A stretch of DNA of 64,000 nucleotides from Isurus oxyrinchus (taxonomy: Eukaryota): assembly GCA_026770705.1 (NCBI GenBank), contig JANJGN010000071.1, forward strand, positions 1,240,001-1,304,000, given 5' to 3'. The position numbers were made by a program, and so were the translations under genes. The notes beneath the pieces were generated by a model that saw only the letters and a program-made list of their open reading frames with translations, had not been told where the DNA came from and made no database searches. Shown here one piece after another: positions 24,801 through 37,400 of this stretch; positions within the stretch are counted from its first letter, which is position 1; every line of letters starts with the position of its first letter.

Positions 24801-26389
24801 ATGCAAGAATATGGAAATTACAAAGTCTATTACAGACAGTCAGATGCATAGAGACACTCACAGATACTCTCTGCCTCTCCAACTCTCTCTCTCCCTTTAA
24901 GAAGCTTCCTGAAAGCTCACCCTTCGAACAATCACCGGTCCCAAATCCTCCTTATCTGATTTGTGTGATTTTCTTTGTGTATTTGAGAGTAAGCGAGAGG
25001 TGGAGAGGTTTAGGAGGAGAATTCCTGTTGGTGAAAAGCTTACATCATGTTCTCACCTTTCCAGTGCCCATATTTTACATGATGTCCAATGTCCTTGTTC
25101 ATAATGGGAATTGCCTATGTAAACATCACGCTGTAGTTACAGTCTCCTACCAGTGGTGGCATTGTAGCACTTAATCCTTGTGTTTCCCAGCTTTTCAAGC
25201 AACTCCACTTCCCAGTTTGCTCCACAAGCTGTGAGTTCATTGGAATTCAATTATTTCTCAAACGGTAGATTTGATGTCATTTTATTGAAAACTTCCTCAG
25301 TGCCTCCCTGAAGGGTTGACACTCTCTGGGAAGCAGGAATAGGCTGGATGTTGGGGAGTTCATCTTTTCCCAAAGAGTAGTGATCCTCGGGAATGTGCTG
25401 TCAGTGGGTGTGGTGGTTGCTGTTTCCCTGTCACCTTCAAGAGGGATCTGGAGTCGTTACTGACTGGGGGAGAGATCATGGAAACGGAGAATGATACAGC
25501 ACAGGAGGAGGCCATTCAGTCCATTGTGCCTGTGCCAGGTCTTTCAATGTTCTATCCAATCAGATCCAATAACCACCATTCCAATTTGCCACCATCTTCC
25601 TCCTTTAAGTATTTATCCAATTTCCCTTTTGAAAGTTCCTATTGAATCTGCTTCCACCGCCCTTTCAGGCAGCACCTTCCAGATCACAACAACTCGCTCT
25701 GTCAAAACAAATTCTCCTCATCTCCCCCTCTGGTTCGTCAATCTGTGTCCCTCTGGTTACCGAGCCTCCTGCCCCTTAAGTACATTGATACTGTTCACCT
25801 CAACCACTCCCTGTGGGAGCGAGTTCCACATTCTCCCCTCTCTCTGGGTAAAGATTGGAACTGTTTATTAAGTGAGGCCTGTAAGTCCGTGGGGGAGTCC
25901 ATCTCGATCCTGCCCGATTCGTACACGCGTCCGAGATGGATTTCCACCCTGCACTAAACGTTTCCAGAATTTTCTACAGCACAATCCTGTACACAACGAT
26001 TGGGAGAAACATTGGACAGGGAGTCCAACAGCACAATGATCCATTCTCACCAATGTTCCACGCTAAGGGGAAAGTTCCGATTGTCCACTCTTAGAGTGTT
26101 TACAATGAAAACATTCATTCCACATTGAATCCCAGTGGATGGGTCAATATTACAACAAATGTTGCAGTGATATGAAGCTTGATTGTTCAGCCAGAGTGAG
26201 AGATTGAAAGCGGAGAGTCAGTGATGATTTCTTTCTGTGTGTTCTCTAGACAGTGGAGGAGAGATTCTGCACGTGATCCTGATCCTGGGAATACGAGCTG
26301 TGATATTCCTTGTGGCTGTGGTTATCACTATCGCTGGAGTCTGTGTCTGGGAGAGACAAACAGTGAAAGGAAGTCGACAGACTGTTTGA
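21803..26389 (+). CDS. Siglec-like gene B: leader-V-C2-TM(Arg)-short tail, predicted activating receptor (~290 aa)
   Basis: Exons 21803-21863, 22564-22938, 23800-24096 and 26250-26389 join in frame (873 nt) with no stop. Confidence 0.75.
22564..22938 (+). CDS. Gene B Siglec V-set exon
   Basis: CVQIPC, GDCSL, YFFR; 375 nt, phase 1-1. Confidence 0.92.
23800..24096 (+). CDS. Gene B C2-set exon (Siglec domain-2 type)
   Basis: VSCTFNTTCNG...LTW...HHGHTLSCRV; the extra Cys fits the Siglec inter-domain disulfide; intact 297 nt. Confidence 0.9.
24419..24571 (+). pseudogene. 5'-truncated remnant of an Ig repeat exon in gene B
   Basis: Only HLNVPMNRT...ITVE and the donor remain; the acceptor, first Cys and Trp are replaced by unrelated sequence. 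Confidence 0.85.
26250..26389 (+). CDS. Gene B TM/cytoplasmic exon SGGEILHVILILGIRAVIFLVAVVITIAGVCVWERQTVKGSRQTV*
   Basis: Acceptor gttctctag; phase 1; hydrophobic stretch with Arg (CGA 26294-96); short tail without Tyr. Confidence 0.85.
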
Positions 26390-26499
26390 AGCTTTGTACA
26401 GCAACAATCTGGTCAGTCAGTGCGGACAAATAACGTGTGATGTTGGGTTAAGTTGTAATGAAACTGGTCAGTGTCCTGGTTAGAATCACCTTCGTATCA

Positions 26500-27070
26500 G
26501 AGAGGCATTCCAGCACAGTGGGAGCCCATTCAGCCCATTGAGTCCATGCTGTCTCTCTGTAGAGCAATACAGTCAGTCCCATTTCCCCCGCTCTATCCCC
26601 GTATCCCTGCAAGTTTATTTCCCCTCAAGTGTCCAACCAATTTCCTTTTGAAATCGTTCGTCTCCGCTTCCACCATCCTCGTAGGCAGCGAGTTCCAGCT
26701 CATTACCACTCGCTGTGTAAAAAAGTTACTCCTCACATCCCCCCTCTGCCCAAAACCTTCAATCTGTGTCCCCCAGTCCTTGTCCCATCAGCTAATGGCA
26801 ACAGCTTCTCTTTGTCTGCCTTATCTAAACCCATCATCATCTTGTACACCTCGATCAGATCCCCCCTCAATCTCCTTTGCTCCAAGGAGAACAACCCCAG
26901 CTTCTCCAACCCAACCTTGTAGCTAAAATCCCTCATCCCTGGACCCATTCTGCTCAATCTCCTCCCCACCCTCTCAAGGACCCTCACTTCCTTCCCAAAG
27001 TGAGGAGACCAGAACTGGACACAATACTCTAGTTGTCACCTAAACAGAGCTTTATAAATGTTCAGCATAA
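26500..27070 (-). mobile_element. CR1-type LINE 3' end
   Basis: LEKLGLFSLEQRRLRGDLIEVYKMM motif. Confidence 0.85.
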
Positions 27071-27814
27071 CCTCCCTGTGTTTGTACTCAATCCCTCGAT
27101 TTATGAAAAGCTTATTCTTTCCATCAGCACAAACAGCAATTTCCAAGCGGACTCCCATCAGCAGACAGAGTGCAATGAAACATCGGCATGCCTGCTTCTT
27201 AATGTACGGAGAGAAACCTGGAACGAGAGATTCTCCTTCTTCTCCTCAGCAAGCTGAAACTTTTCCTTATACCTGGTGCTCCCCAGTCCTGCTGTGTGGA
27301 CACATCATAACCACGGCATTGTCTGGCTGTGTGCAGCCAACATGGTCGAATAGGAATGAACAGAAATGTGACATTGCTAAACTCTGTTCTCTGATTGGAA
27401 TGTGCTTTCTGAATGCTGCACCTTTTTCATGCTGCAATAGATTGTAAGAAGCATTTGGGTTATGAATAAAATTACATTGATTAACACAAGTGATTAAAAT
27501 GCTCAGGCTGTTCTGTAGATATTTAAAGATTAAAATTCTTGTTTTGCTGCAAAATACTTGGCTCAAAGACATTACTTCATATTGTCATGTTTTCCAATCA
27601 GATGAATTCCTCTGTCCATCTTTATAATAGAAATTTCCAATGTAAACATGTCACATTGTAGCTGCACACACTTGCCAGTGGCTGGTGTGATATCAAAGCT
27701 GTCTTGCTGTCGAGAAACAGCGAGAAATATTCCTGTTGTGTGCATGAACTTCATGTTAGCATGAGACACAGGCATCAGATACAATTTTGTGCAATTTGTA
27801 CAATGTTCTTTAGA

Positions 27815-28362
27815 CAGCGGAGCACTCCCTCAGTACTGACCCTCCAACAGTGCTGCACTCCCTCAGTTCAGACCCTCCTACAGTGCAGCACTCCCTCAGA
27901 TCAGACCCTCCGACAATGCAGCACTCCCTCAGTTCAAACCCTCCGACAGTGCAGCACTCCCTCAGTTCAGACCCTCCGACTTTGCAGCACTCCCTCAGTT
28001 CAAACCCTCAGACAGTGCAGCACTCCCTCAGTTCAGAACCTCCGACAGTGCAGCACTCTCTCAGTTCAGACCCTCCGACAGTGCAGCCCTCCCTCATTTC
28101 AGACCCTCCGACAGTGCAGCACTCCCTCAGTTCAGGCCTCCGACAGTGCAGCACTCCTTCAGTTCAGACCCTCCGACAGTGCAGCACTCCCTCAGTTCAA
28201 ACCATCCGACAGTGCAGCACTCCCTCAGTTCAAACCCTCCGACAGTGCAGCTCTCCCTCAGTTCAGAGCCTCCGACAGTGCAGCACTCCCTCAGTTCAGA
28301 CCCTCCGACAGTGCAGCACTCCCTCAGTACTGAACCTCCGACAGTGCCGCACTACCTCAGTA
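27815..28362. repeat. 33-bp minisatellite array (reverse orientation)
   Basis: cagtgcagcactccctcagttcagaccctccga units. Confidence 0.95.
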
Positions 28363-29869
28363 CTTCTCTGCCGATGCTGCCAGACCTGCTGAGTTTTTCC
28401 AGGTATTTCTGTTTCTGTTTCTGTTTTGGATTTCCAGCATCTGCAGTTTTTTTGCTTTTAGTGCTGGGCAGTTCCTCAGCAAGGATTCGGGCCACAAAAC
28501 ATTGCGAGTGCTGTGGATCTGCGCCACGATTTAGAGAGCTGTGCTTGGCACGCCTATTCTAGTCCCAGTCCAGTGTGGTGGGGACAGCCTGGCAGTCCTG
28601 GGTTGGTGGTGCCCAGCATGGTGTGAGTGACGTGGTCAGTCCCTCACACACGTCCATCCTGGGGGTGGGTGGCTTGATACTAGGCCGCAGGTGGCACAAT
28701 CCCAGTCAGGGGAGGCATCTGCAGCCTGTCAGTGGGGAGCAGGTAATATAGAGAGTAGGGGTGGGGGTGGGAATCGAGGGGGGCCGGTGGTCTCTGTAAG
28801 TCACAGTACAATGGGCCTCTAGTTGGAGAGAGGTCAGGTCTACATGGGGCATTGGGATGTCAACATCAGACAGTCTAGGGAGGAGGACTGGGATGTCAAC
28901 CCCGAACACAATAAGATCAAGGATTAGAGAGGAAGGGAGGAGACTGATTGGAAGGAGGGGAATGTGCACATTATGCTCCTCCAGCACGATGGGAGGGACT
29001 GTGATGGTTACGGGGGTGGGGGGGGTGAAGTGGGAGGGGATAGACGCTTACCTGGTGGTATTGCCTCAGCCTCACCCTTTTTCAAGCTGATCCAATGTCG
29101 CAGTTGAAGAATAAGCTACAAAACAAATTGGCAGGGGAGGTCTCCCAGGGCCTGTGGGAGACATCACCCACTGCATCTTTGGCCTGTTTGAAGGGGCACC
29201 CGAACAATTCCGGCTTTTCCAAATGATGAGGAAGACACAGCTGCACCCCGAGTCCCCTACTGGGGATCCAGAAGGTTGCAATAGCGCTGCGAGGGACTCA
29301 TGGGCTCCACAGTGACTCCCTAATTAGCGACTGGAAGGTTTATGTTCATTTATCTTTATTATCCGTTCATATTGAGCAATGGAGCTCCTGATCTGACACC
29401 TTTCTGTACCTCGTCCAATGCTTCTGTTATCAGGACTTCCACATCGATGTGAAAGAGCCATGATGATAGCAGACAGTCGCACAATGGGAATGGCACTAGG
29501 CCAGTGATCCAGAGGCCCAGGTGAATGCTTTGGAGGTACGGGTTCAAATCCCACCACGGCAGCTGGAGGAATTTAGATTCGATTAATCAATAAATTTAAT
29601 TGATTGATACATTTTTTTCTTATTCATTTCAGGGATGTTGGTGTCGCTGACTAGGCCAGTATTTGTTGCCCATCCCCATTTGCCTTTGAGAACATATGGA
29701 TATCTGAGTTAGGATCAGGAGTAGGTCACTCAGTCCCTCGAACCTGCTCCGCCATTCAGTAAGATCATGGCTGATCTGATTGTCACCTCAACCTCACATT
29801 CCTGCCTACCCCCAATGACCTTTCACCCCATTGTTAATCAAGAATCTATCTAGCTCTGTGGAAGGGGAG

Positions 29870-31830
29870 CCAATCAATCGGGCTGCTTTGTCCTGGATGG
29901 TGTCAAGCTTCTTGAGTGTTGTTGGAGCTGCACTCATCCAGGCATGTGGAGAGTATTCCATCACACTCCTGACTTGTGCGTTGTAGATGGTGGACAGGAT
30001 TTGGGGAGTCAGGAGGTGAGTTACTGTCTGCAGGGTTCCCAGCCTCTGACCTGCTCTTGCAGCCACAGTGTTTATATGGCTGGTCCAGTTCAGTTTCTGC
30101 TCAATGGTAACTCCCAGGATGTTGATATTGGGGGATTCAGTGATGGTAATGCCATTGAATGCCAAGGGGCGATGGTTATGAATGGTCTGTGGGATATTCT
30201 GGTACAAAATGTCAACACTCGGACTCCAGATGCAATATTCAAGTGGTTCCTTTATTAGGCATGTGGGGAGCAAATGCTGAGCAGTCCAGGCGCTTCTCCA
30301 CCGAAGTTCAAATGAGCACAGTTTATATATTTTTTACTCTCAGTTACAAGGTAATGGTATTAGTTAGACAAAGGCCACAGCACAATGACCCTCCGGTGGG
30401 CTGATAATTGTGTTCTTGTACAGTAATTACAGGGCAGAGACTGGCTATTGTCCTTTTGAGACAGCAAAGAATCTATGTTTGTTCGATACAAAAGGTTTCC
30501 GGAGGCTGACTGGATGTGGTTCAAGGCCATCGGACGGTGTGAAATAACCTTCCCCAATTCTTGATTGAGTCACCCTGTGTCCTTGTGTGTGTGTCTCCCA
30601 TTTCCTCATTGCAAATTTCCAGCTGAGCCCTCTGTACAGGTTTTTAGCTTTCACGTAAGGATGTGATTGTCTGTGTACGCTTTGTCACCCTAGCTGCTGG
30701 TCCTGGCTGGCTCTTTAAAATAAATCCAAATTTTCTGCGCCTTCAGTTAGATTCTCTCTTGTTGGAGCTGGTCATTGCCTGGCACTTGTGTGGCATGAAT
30801 GTTACTTGTCACCTGTCAGCCCAAGCCTGGATGTTGTCCAGGTCTTGCTGCATTTGGACATAACTTGCTTCAGTATCTGAGGAGCCATGAATGATGCTGA
30901 ACATTCTGCAAACATCAGCAAACATCCCCACTTCTGACCTTATGATGGAAGGAAGGTCATTGATGAAGCAGTTGAAGATGTTTGAGCCTAGGACACTACC
31001 CTGAGTAACTCCTGCAGTGATGTCCTGGAACTGAGATGATTGACCCCCAATAATCACAACCATCGTCCTTTGTGCTGGGTATGACTCCAAGCAGCGGAGA
31101 GTTTTCCCCCGATTCCCATTGACTCCAGTTTTGCTCGGGCTCCTTGTTTTGCCACACTCAGTCAAATGCTGCCTTGATGTCAAGGACAGTCACTCTCACC
31201 TCACCTCTGGAGTTCAGCTCATTTGTGCATGTTTGAACCAAGGCTGTAATGAGGCCAGGAGCTGAATGATCCTGGTGGAACACAAACTGAGCGTCAGTGA
31301 GCAGGTTCTTGGTAAGCAGGTGCTGCTTGCAAGCGCTGTTGATGACCCCTTCCATCACTTTAGTAATGATCAAGAATAGACTGCTGGGGAATTGGCTGGG
31401 TTGGATTTGTCCTGCTTTTTGTGTACAGGACGTACCCCATAGCCGGGTAGTTGCCAGTGTTGCAGCGGTACTAGAAAATTCCAGAAAAGCTTGGCTAGGG
31501 GCGCAGCAAGTTCTGGAGCACAAGTCTTCAGTACTATTGCCGGAATAATGTCAGGGTCTGGAGCATTTGCAATATCCAGTGCCTTCAGCCCTTCCTTGAT
31601 ATCACGTGGAATTAATCGAATTGGCTAAAGATTGGCATCTCTGATGCTGGGGACCTCCGGAGGAGGCCGAGATGGATCACCCACTCAGCACTTCTGGCTG
31701 AAGATTGTTGCGCATGCTTCAGTCTTGTCTTTTGCACCGATGTGCTGGGCTCCTCCATCATTGAGGATGGGGATATTTGTGGAGCCTCCTCCTCCAGTGA
31801 GTTGTTTAATTGTCCACGACTGGATGTGAC
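29870..31830 (-). mobile_element. Degenerate LINE RT (CR1/L2-like) with an internal insertion
   Basis: GVTQGSVLG..IFNCFINDL...MFAD and ILGVTIEQKLNWTSHIN...IYNAQVRSVMEY. Confidence 0.85.
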
Positions 31831-33819
31831 ATCTGGAATGCGAAGCTAGTCTCAGTAATGGTGACCATGAAACTAAGGCCAATTGTTGCAAAAACCCATC
31901 TGGGTCACTAATGCCCTTTGGGGAAGGAAACCTGCCGTCCTTACCCATTCTGGCCTACGTGTGACTCCTGACCCACAGCAATGTGGTTGACTCTTAACTG
32001 GCCCCTGAAATGGCCGAGCAAGCCACTGAGTTATATCAAAACCCGCCACAGACCAGTCAAACCAGGTGAACTGCAGCACTTCGAAAAGGCAGCTCAGCAC
32101 CCCCTTCTCAAGGGGTCAGTCAGGAACAGGTAACAAACGCTGTCCACATCCCGTGAAAGAATTTTGGTAAAAAGGTAGCCGTGTATCACCACCCACGGCC
32201 AGCGCCAACCCCCCCACCCCTACCTGATTGCACCAGTTTCAGATTACACCAGGTCAATGAACGGATAGAAACCCAAACCAATGAGATGAGCACAGAGAAG
32301 GATCAAGCCAGAGAGAGTTGGTGGGAAGAATTGGGAAAGCAACAAAAAAGGCAGAGCGGACACTAACACTATAACAAAGTAAAGACCAGAGGAGGAAGGA
32401 AGCAAGTGCGAAGAGGAATTGAGAGCAGAGCTGGTAGGCTGCTTGTCGAAGCCAAGGAACCTCCATAGGGCACATCCACAGTGCTGTTGGGGAGGGTGAT
32501 ACATCATTTTGACCCAGGATCATCAAGTGTTGCACTGGCAGAGCCTTTAAAGAAAAGGGACCTTCACTACCCGTGTCCCCCGCCCTACAAAGCTGTTGAC
32601 CTGCTGAGTCCACCTGTACAGGCAGCCTCCAGACAGTTGACTACAGAGGCCATTGCAGCTGCTGAATATGACTTCCAGTTTCAAACCCTTCATGAATGCA
32701 AGGATGGAGAATTCAGCAGGAATATTCCTGCACACCCTGTGGCAGATCCTGTAAATAAAAGGGACCTTCACTCACTCCCCAAAGCTGCTGTCCTGCTGAT
32801 TCACATCTACAGGCAACCTCCAAATAGTCAACTAGAGAAGACAACGCAGCTGCTGAATGTGACTCCTAGTTTTAAACCCTTCACTCTGGAAAGAAGGAAT
32901 CCAGAGCAATGGCCTCAGTATGATTCTTCACAGAAACTGATTTTAAATCTCATGTCTAAGTATTATTTTTCCTTTGCTTACATTTTAATCCCTGCACCTG
33001 ATGGCTTTATCGCTTCAACTTAAATAACTTTCAGCAGGAGCCAGGTTCAAATTGAATGGACAAGCTGGCTTGGGGGGCCAAAAGGCCTACTCCTGCTTCT
33101 GTTTATTTATGTTGGTGTTGTTATGTAGTGGAACTAGAGAGGTTATAGCAGTTATGAGAACATTAAGCAAACAGCAGCAAGAATTGAACACCTACGTTGT
33201 GGTTTATGAAAAGGTTTTCAACCTGGTCAACTGGTAAAATCTGTTGAAAGTGGGCTATCATGGCGTGTGCCCTTTGTGAGATATTTGTAACAACGTTCTC
33301 GATGTCGGAACAGCTTGCATTGAACAAAGCTGATCTTTACCCAGAACTTCAGAGGAACGGGGGACAATTGTTCCCTGGTGTGGGGGGCATGGTGGGGGGG
33401 GAGGGTGAGGGAGAGACAAGTAGCCTGAAATACCAAGCCAGACACTTTGTGAAGACAAAAGTTGTTTATTCATTTTTTTTCACAAATCATAATCTTTACA
33501 ATTAAAGTCCCGACAAGATAATGGTGAATCATGAACACATTGTCGGGGTGAATCTGTGCCCGGGAGCATAAAGCAGCAAAATCAGGAGCCCGCTTTACAT
33601 CTCTCTGAATTTTAACTATCATTAACCCCAGTAACATCCATTCAAATGACTTAGTCATAAGATTCCTCACACATTCACTTGCACACTCACACACCCACAC
33701 CCACACAGACACACTGACACACTCACTCATTCACATTGACACACACTGACACAGTCACACACACCCACACAGACACACTGACACACTCACTCATTCACAT
33801 TGACACACACTGACACAGT

Positions 33820-33852
<33 letters not shown>

Positions 33853-34305
33853 ACGCTGACACAATCACACACATTCACATTGACACGCACTGACAGTCAC
33901 ACATACACACACACACGCTGACACAATCACACACATTCACATTGACACACACATATTGACAGTCACACACACACGCTCATAAAGACAGACACAAACACAG
34001 TCACGTGAGGTGAATAGTGTCGATGTATTTAAGGGGAAGCTGGATAAACACACGAGGGAGAAATGAATAGAAGGATATGGTGATGGGGTGAGATGGAGAA
34101 GGGGTGGGCGGAGACTCGTGTGGAGCAGAAACTCCAGCATGGAACAGATGGGCCGAATGGCTTCTTTCCCTGCTGTAAAACGCAGGTAAAGTTTCAGTTG
34201 GAATTACTGAACAGGGCCTGTGTTAAGTAGATTGCTAAGCAGTAGATAAGGAGGGGAGAGGCTGTGGCATGGTGCAGGATGACCTTGCGTGAATGAGGCC
34301 AGGGT

Positions 34306-34422
34306 CTAATATCTACAGCAGAGACCACAAGTCTCATTTGGTTCTCTCCAATTACAGCAGTTACAGCAGAATCTGCAGAGCTGCTGTCTGCCCATTCTCT
34401 TCTGGCGCTGCAGCAAGGAGCC
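34306..34422 (-). CDS. HAMP: Hepcidin exon 3 (furin site and mature peptide)
   Basis: Acceptor cctgcttttccag; RQKR; CRFCCNCC...CGLCCRY TAG; candidate AATAAA at 33465-33470 on the minus strand. Confidence 0.95.
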   Translation of the reverse strand, partial: GSLLQRQKRMGRQQLCRFCCNCCNWREPNETCGLCCRY

Positions 34423-37400
34423 CTGGAAAAGCAGGAGGACAATAGGTGAGAACATTCCGGAAAGAAAGAAGGCATCATTTCAATCAAGCGCGTCATTGGA
34501 AGGAGGATGGCGCAATTCTATAGCGCCTTTCCCCTCCTCAGGATGGCCCAAAGTGTTCCACAGCTGAAGGAAGGACTTTTTCTGAAGTGAGCTCACCGCT
34601 GTAATGTAGGAAACGCAGCAGGCAATTCACGCACAGCAAGATCCCACAAACAGAAATGTGATAATGGCCCCGATTTTCAGTTTTTTACCAATGTCAGTTG
34701 AGGGATAAATGTTTGCCCCAGGAAAGCAGACATAACTGCATCCCATCCACCCCGCACCACCCCCTCCACACATACCCCCAACTCATGACGCACTTCATTT
34801 AAATTGTGGTCATGGAATCCTCTACATCCATCTGAGAGGGCAGATGTTGTCTCAGTTTAACATCTCATCTGAAAGACAGCGCCTTCAACAGTGCAGCACC
34901 CCCTCAGTACTGACCCTCCGACTGTGCAGCACTCCCTCAGTACTGACCGTCTGACAATGCAGCACCCCCTCAGTACTGACCCTCCGACTGTGCAGTCCCC
35001 CGCCGGTACTGACCCTCTGACAGTGCAGCACTCCAAGACTGACCGTCTGACAATGCAGCACCCCCTCAGTACTGACCCTCCGACTGTCCTGCCCCCCCGC
35101 CGGTACTGACCCTCCGACAGCTCGGTAATTTCTCAATTACGCCTGGTGGTCCTTTTAATTCAGAGCTGAGAGTTGCAGAGAATCGAGCAGACACCCTGAA
35201 CTGACACTTGCAGTGCAAGTACTGGGAGCGCGCTGGTCATTATCATGCTGCTGTCTGTGGGATCTTACTGTGCGCCAATGGCTGATTCTTTTCCCACAGT
35301 ACATCAGTGACCTCACATGAAAGAAAGAAAGCACTTGATTGTCTGCGAAACAGTTTGGGACGTCCTGATGTGTTGGAAGGCGCTAGAGAAATGCAAGAGT
35401 TGACGTTTCGAGTCCTCATGACCCTTCTGAGGACTCGAAACGTCAACTCTTTTCTTCTCCGCCGATGCTGCCAGACCTGCTGAGTTTTTTCAGGTAATTC
35501 TGTTTTTGTTTTGGATTTCCAGCATCCGCAGTTTTCTTTGTTTTTATAGAGAAATGCAAGTCCTCTTTGTCTTTCACTGGATCCTCTAAGGTGTCTGTTG
35601 ATTAACCAGCCTCTCGGTGTATGATGTAGGCCTGGTTATAAACAGTTAGAAGGATCAAATATCAAAAGTGCTTTGGCTGACAGTCAAACCGATTGTGCAT
35701 TCGGAGAGATTAGATACGGTCTGCGCACAATGACTCCAGTCTCTGGCACTGACTGCCGCCTGGGGTCTCCCTTCCACATAACACTCACAACTTGCATTTA
35801 CACAGCGCCTCTGCCATTGCAAAATGTCCCAGCCCACATTACCGGAGCGTAAATCAGAGAGAAGTCTAACACTGAGTCACATATGGAGATATTAGGTGAC
35901 CAAAAGCTTGGTCATAGATGTCAGTTTTTAAGGAGCATCTTAAAGGAGAGAGAGAGAGAGAGGCAGAGAGGTTAAGGGAGGGTATTCCGGAGCTCAGGGC
36001 CCCAGGCAGCTGAAGGCACGGCCACCAATGGTGGAGCGATGGGAATCAGGGGGACCCGGGAGATGCAGGAATTTCAGAGATTTTGGAGGAACATCGGGAC
36101 CGGAGGAGGTGTTCTCCTGCTCCATATCTCTCTCTCTCTTCCTCTCATCCACTCCTCCTCTCCCTGTCTCTCTCTCTCCTACTCTTCCGCTCAATTGCCC
36201 TCTCTCCCAATCTTTCTCTCCTCTCTCCCTTTTCCTGTCTCTCTCCCTCTCTCTCTCCCCTGTCTCCTTCTCCCACTCTGTATCTCTCCCTCTCTCTCAC
36301 ACTATTTTTGTACCTTTCGCTCACTCTGTAACTCTCCCTTTCCTGTTAATTTCTCTCTCTTGGACAATCTCTCTTCCCTTTTCACTTTCCCTCACTCTGC
36401 ATCTCTTCTTTAATTTCTCCCTCTGTCACTCTCTCCCACCTATGTTCTTTCCCTTTCACCCCTCCCCGTCCCACTCTCTGTCTCTCTCTTCCAATCCCTC
36501 CCTCCCTCATTCCATCCCTCTCTCCGACTCTCGACTCCCAGCCTCTCTTTAACCCACTCCCAGGCTGGATCAGTCTCCCTCTCACTATTCCCGGCGTGGG
36601 TTACATTTAAAATTCCTGTGGGGATATGTTCAGTTCCTTGGAATTGCCTCTTCCCAGCTTTGCAAAAAAAAGGGGGCGGCGGGGGGCTCGATTTCAAACA
36701 TGCCTCCTGAGTATAACCGAGACAGACTGCCACTGAAATCAGCTTGAAATCAGAAAACTTTCTGTGGAAGAAACGAGCAGGGAGAAACCTTAAAATAAGG
36801 AATGAATTTCCACCTACCGTGTCCGGGGAATCCACAGATTTCTCAATCGTCGAAGAACCTAAAGCAGTGTCAACCTGCAAAAAGAAAGAATTTATCAGGG
36901 AGAAAGTGAGAGGAGGATTGAGGGAGAGGGAGAGAGAGAGAGAGAGGTACAGGAGAGAGAGGGGGAGGAGGACAGACTTGCATTTCTCTAACGCCTTTCA
37001 CCACATCCCAAAGCATTTCACAGCCACTGAAGGATGTTTTTGAAGTGCACTCACACTGTAGGAAATGTGGCAGCTGATTTGTGCACAGCAAGATCCCACA
37101 AATAGCAATGTGATCATGGCCTAGATCATCTGTTTTTGGTGATGTTGGGTGAGGGATAAATATTGGTCCCAGGACACCGGGGAGAGCACCCCCTGCTCTT
37201 CCTCCAAATAGTGGCTGTGGGATCTTTCACACCCGCCCGAGAGGGCAGACGGGGGACTCAGTTTAATGTCTCATTCAACATTGTTGTGCTCCCTCAGTAC
37301 TAACCCTTTGACACTGCAGCACTCCCTCAGTACTAACCCTTCGATAGTGCTGCACTCCCACAGTATTGTCCCTCCGTCAGTGCAGCGCTCCCTCAGTACT

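Noticed and set aside
26363-26368. Cryptic donor ACA|gtgaaa linking the Arg-TM exon to a Tyr-motif tail
   Set aside because: Weak donor, wrong phase for exon 48809, and an in-frame stop plus a downstream AATAAA already explain the gene end.
27704-28562. Long ORFs (also 874-1338, 46720-47544 and 49694-50255)
   Set aside because: Translations of the 33-bp minisatellite.
32481-33023. 180-aa ORF with an internal ~205-bp duplicated unit
   Set aside because: No recognisable domain or splice structure; probably repeat-derived, though not identified.
36028-36552. Hydrophobic Ser/Leu-rich ORF as a membrane protein (also 45436-45958)
   Set aside because: CT-rich low-complexity intron sequence.
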